Below, one piece after another: positions 61,319 through 64,000 of a stretch of DNA of 64,000 bases (position 1 is its first letter; each line of letters opens with the position of its first letter). The stretch is from NCBI GenBank assembly GCA_012343875.1, contig GCA_012343875.1_3924.1; one strand, given 5' to 3'. The notes under the pieces are model-generated. The model searched no databases and was not told the origin of the DNA. It saw only the letters and a list, made by a program, of their open reading frames with translations. This DNA is from a phage. Both the position numbers and the translations under genes were made by a program.

Positions 61319-61556
61319 GCCTTTTTTCGTTGTATTTTGTAAGAATCTCACAAGATAAAACATCATATTTTATAACCGCGTTGCTTTTGTCGAGGTCAAA
61401 GAATCCAAACGCTTTACCATCTTTGAATCCGACAACTTCATAAGATTCTTTGATGATTTCACCATTGAACAAATCGCTTTCGATGCGGTGAAACAGTGCT
61501 ACGTCTTCTTTGTCAGTTGCAATTTGCAATAGTGTGGTTAATTCTACGTTTTCCAT
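61293..61556 (-). CDS. hypothetical protein (87 aa)
   Basis: ORF track; preceded by conserved leader cassette. Confidence 0.5.
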   Translation of the reverse strand: MENVELTTLLQIATDKEDVALFHRIESDLFNGEIIKESYEVVGFKDGKAFGFFDLDKSNAVIKYDVLSCEILTKYNEKRLATYANMQ

Positions 61557-61648
61557 CTTGATAACTCCAGTTTAGGACTTTATTTAGTGGGGAAGGTCAT
61601 CCCCTCCCCGTTGATTGACAATTTACAGATTTTTGATTGTCTCGTCAA
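61557..61648 (-). promoter_or_regulatory. repeated leader cassette 2: TTGACG-17-TAAATT, hairpin, SD
   Basis: On minus strand: TTGACG (61643-61648), 17 nt, TAAATT (61620-61625), hairpin GGGGAAGG/CCCTCCCC, CTGGAG SD. Confidence 0.5.
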
Positions 61649-62153
61649 TGTCTTTTTCAATATCTTTTAAAGTTTTTTCTAAGTTCTTGATATTGAACGT
61701 TAAACCTTCTCCCAGTGTCTTAGAGTAACCGCTAGGACGTAAATCATAAAGCTCGATTTCTTCCACTAGAGAAAGGTTAACAGTCCAGCCACCTATGCCG
61801 TAGGCCATTGAAACGGTATTTACAGGTGCTTTATAGAACTTGTTCAAGGACTTGATAGAACGTTCATAAGCCATTTTATAACCATTTAAAAGGTTTTTAA
61901 CGTGATTGTGAACGTTTTTACAATCATCTAAGTAAAGACCTAAAAACATCGGGAGAAGTTCCGCGACAGCTTGCATAAAGTGAGAGACTACAACGGTGGA
62001 AACATTACGACGATGGACGTAATAAGCCCCGTTTTCTGATTTGGTAATGGTTGCAAAGTGTACACCATTGCAACGAAATTCATAGGTATCTTTAACAGGC
62101 TTAGACATTACAGCATTTGAACGAATGAAGTTGATAGCTTGAAATTTGTTCAT
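61623..62153 (-). CDS. hypothetical protein (176 aa)
   Basis: ORF track; preceded by conserved leader cassette. Confidence 0.5.
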   Translation of the reverse strand: MNKFQAINFIRSNAVMSKPVKDTYEFRCNGVHFATITKSENGAYYVHRRNVSTVVVSHFMQAVAELLPMFLGLYLDDCKNVHNHVKNLLNGYKMAYERSIKSLNKFYKAPVNTVSMAYGIGGWTVNLSLVEEIELYDLRPSGYSKTLGEGLTFNIKNLEKTLKDIEKDIDETIKNL

Positions 62154-62244
62154 TTTAGAATCTCCAGTTTAGGACTTTATTTAGTGGGGAGGTTATTGCC
62201 TTCCCGTTGATTAGTAATTTACTTGTTTTGATAGCTGATTGCAA
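62154..62244 (-). promoter_or_regulatory. repeated leader cassette 3: TTGCAA-17-TAAATT, hairpin, SD
   Basis: TTGCAA (62239-62244), 17 nt, TAAATT (62216-62221), hairpin GGGGAGG/CCTTCCC, SD. Confidence 0.5.
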
Positions 62245-62373
62245 GCAATTTTTTAAGTTTATCTATAAAGAATCTTTTAAGTTAATCCATTTTAGATAAA
62301 CCCCCTCGAACAAAGTTACCAATGTCAAGGGGAGTTGTCAACACTTTTTTAAAAGTTTTTTGTAAGTTGTTGA

Positions 62374-62715
62374 TTAACTGATGAATATTTTTTCAGGTTT
62401 TACATAGCTGATACGCTGGCTTTTTAGCAGGTCATCCCAGATTAGCGCGGCAATATGAGAATAGCCGGATTCACGTAAAATCTTCATTGTTTTACTTCTC
62501 GTTTCAAAACGGCTTGCGTAGTATTCACTGTTCAAGGTAGTTTTATTCCCTTCGTTATCTGTATGGATGATTTGCATTACCTGAAAGGGGCTTACATCCT
62601 CGCCTTTGTTCCACTGCTCAAAGTATTTTAGGCACTGCATAGGCGACATCTTATCACTGACTTGAGTTGACCAAGATGAGTCAGCTTTATCGGTAATTAC
62701 GGTTACATAAGCCAT
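62374..62715 (-). CDS. hypothetical protein (113 aa)
   Basis: ORF track; preceded by conserved leader cassette. Confidence 0.5.
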   Translation of the reverse strand: MAYVTVITDKADSSWSTQVSDKMSPMQCLKYFEQWNKGEDVSPFQVMQIIHTDNEGNKTTLNSEYYASRFETRSKTMKILRESGYSHIAALIWDDLLKSQRISYVKPEKIFIS

Positions 62716-62807
62716 TTTTGAATCTCCAGTTTAGGACTTTGTTTAGTGGGGAAGTTCATTCCCTCCCCGTTGATTGACAATTTACAGATTTTTATCAGGC
62801 TTGTCTA
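62716..62807 (-). promoter_or_regulatory. repeated leader cassette 4: TAGACA-17-TAAATT, hairpin, SD
   Basis: TAGACA (62802-62807), 17 nt, TAAATT (62779-62784), hairpin GGGGAAGTTCATTCCCTCCCC, SD. Confidence 0.45.
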
Positions 62808-63038
62808 GTCTTTTTCAATGATAATTTCATATTGACCATCGACGCTATCAAAATAAATGCCGTCGCTATCTTCTGTCTTAAAGTAACATTGTATATCATC
62901 ACTGGCGGGATAGTCTTGTCTTGCTATCTGGCAAACTTGAATAGCATTTTCTTTACTCCCTGTAAACTCCTCAAGCCCTTTAAAATCGCATGAATGACCA
63001 TTACAAATAGAAAGGATGAGATAAACGGTTGTCAACAT
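62805..63038 (-). CDS. small putative secreted/lipoprotein-like protein (77 aa)
   Basis: N-terminus MLTTVYLILSICNGHSC has hydrophobic core ending in Cys (imperfect lipobox). Confidence 0.4.
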   Translation of the reverse strand: MLTTVYLILSICNGHSCDFKGLEEFTGSKENAIQVCQIARQDYPASDDIQCYFKTEDSDGIYFDSVDGQYEIIIEKD

Positions 63039-63104
63039 GATTTAAGCCCTCTAAAAGCCCCTACAAGGGGTTGATTAGTGTTTATAAGGTGATTGCATAG
63101 GTTT

Positions 63105-63647
63105 TTAGAAAAAGCTCTTTAAATCCTCTTCTGCAATGTTTCCTGTCAGTGTATCCATGATGTCACAAAAAACCTGAATACTGTCTGAATGTTGAACACT
63201 TTTAGCGAGAAGCTCCAGAGACTCATCAAGATAGTTTAAATTTGGGTTATCCAATGAAGGAAGACAAAAAGGTGAATACATAGCGTTAAACTCTGTTGTA
63301 TAGACCTTTTTAATCCAATTTACATCAAAGTACTCTGTAAAACTTGCTACACTCGACATATTATCACAAGAATAATCATCATTTAGCTCATCCTCTGGAA
63401 TATCTAGTTCTAAGATAACAATATTTTGGGTTTTCATCTGGAAAGCTGCGGTGATAGTGGCATTTCCTAGAGCTTGTTGGATACCTTCTGATGCTATTTC
63501 TTCCTCATCGTCGCCATAGATTTTATTTTCTGGATACACGTAAAAATTGCCGTCCATATCCGAACAATTCCATGCGCCTGATGGTTTATCACCGTTATTA
63601 ATCAGGTTGATGAAGTTTTCTTGAGTAGTACCGTGAAAGCATTTCAT
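63105..63647 (-). CDS. hypothetical acidic protein (180 aa)
   Basis: ORF track. Confidence 0.5.
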   Translation of the reverse strand: MKCFHGTTQENFINLINNGDKPSGAWNCSDMDGNFYVYPENKIYGDDEEEIASEGIQQALGNATITAAFQMKTQNIVILELDIPEDELNDDYSCDNMSSVASFTEYFDVNWIKKVYTTEFNAMYSPFCLPSLDNPNLNYLDESLELLAKSVQHSDSIQVFCDIMDTLTGNIAEEDLKSFF

Positions 63648-63732
63648 TTTTGAATCTCCAGTTTAGGATTTAGTGGTAAAGCTCTTTATCTGGGGCTTAA
63701 GATATCAGCTTTTAAGCCCCTTGTAAAGTACT
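63648..63732 (-). promoter_or_regulatory. variant leader cassette with 9-bp-stem hairpin
   Basis: Same SD context (GAATCTCCAGTTTAGGA) then hairpin GGGGCTTAA/TTAAGCCCC (63692-63720). Confidence 0.4.
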
Positions 63733-63936
63733 TTAACGATTATTTTTGACAACTTTTAAAACTGCAAGATAACCTAAGCAATAAGAATCACCGAAGAGAG
63801 TTCTACCCATGAAAGAATCCTCTTTAATATCCTTTGCAGTAACAGTTTTCTCTACGCCGTGGGAAAGGACTACATCACCAACTTTGATGTCTTTGATGTG
63901 TGCTGTTTCAATGTTTAAGCCGTTAATAATAGCCAT
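63733..63936 (-). CDS. hypothetical protein (67 aa)
   Basis: ORF track; preceded by conserved leader cassette. Confidence 0.5.
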   Translation of the reverse strand: MAIINGLNIETAHIKDIKVGDVVLSHGVEKTVTAKDIKEDSFMGRTLFGDSYCLGYLAVLKVVKNNR

Positions 63937-64000
63937 TTTTGAATCTCCTAGTTTAAGGACTTTACTTAGTGGGGAAGGTCATTCCCTCCCCGTTGATGTG
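63937..64000 (-). promoter_or_regulatory. repeated leader cassette (truncated by window end)
   Basis: TTTGAATCTCCTAGTTTAAGGACTTTACTTAGTGGGGAAGGTCATTCCCTCCCCGTTGA matches the other cassettes. Confidence 0.45.

Overview
The window is a contiguous ~64 kb segment of a low-GC (about 38%) tailed dsDNA phage genome; no host genes, integrase or attachment site were recognised. Everything here is from reading the sequence and ORF track by eye; no search or RNA-folding tool was run, and hand-derived coordinates may be off by 1-3 nt. Layout: (1) minus-strand replication/nucleotide-metabolism genes at 1-9568 (5' part of nrdA, FEN-like nuclease, SSB-like, T7-type primase-helicase, dNMP kinase-like); (2) plus-strand operon 9827-19010 (family-A DNA polymerase, ATP-dependent ligase, DHFR, thymidylate synthase, small genes) with a GT-rich ORF-free gap at 15098-15526; (3) minus-strand late operon 19049-42961 (two paralogous tail fibers, Mu/P2-like baseplate, tape measure, tube, sheath, lambda-like capsid module, portal, TerL); (4) minus-strand array of about 27 tRNA genes at 43184-48886 with embedded ORFs including an HNH endonuclease; (5) a vWA-domain gene beside the tRNA array; (6) plus-strand operon 51174-59328 with an Ig-repeat protein and a GH24 endolysin; (7) a 1.5 kb ORF-free repeat-dense region 59376-60923; (8) minus-strand small genes 60979-63936, each preceded by a near-identical promoter/hairpin/SD cassette. 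The best candidates for something undescribed are the phased-repeat ORF-free region, the repeated 5' leader cassette, the GT-rich putative sRNA locus, and the non-canonical tRNA-like elements next to the vWA gene.
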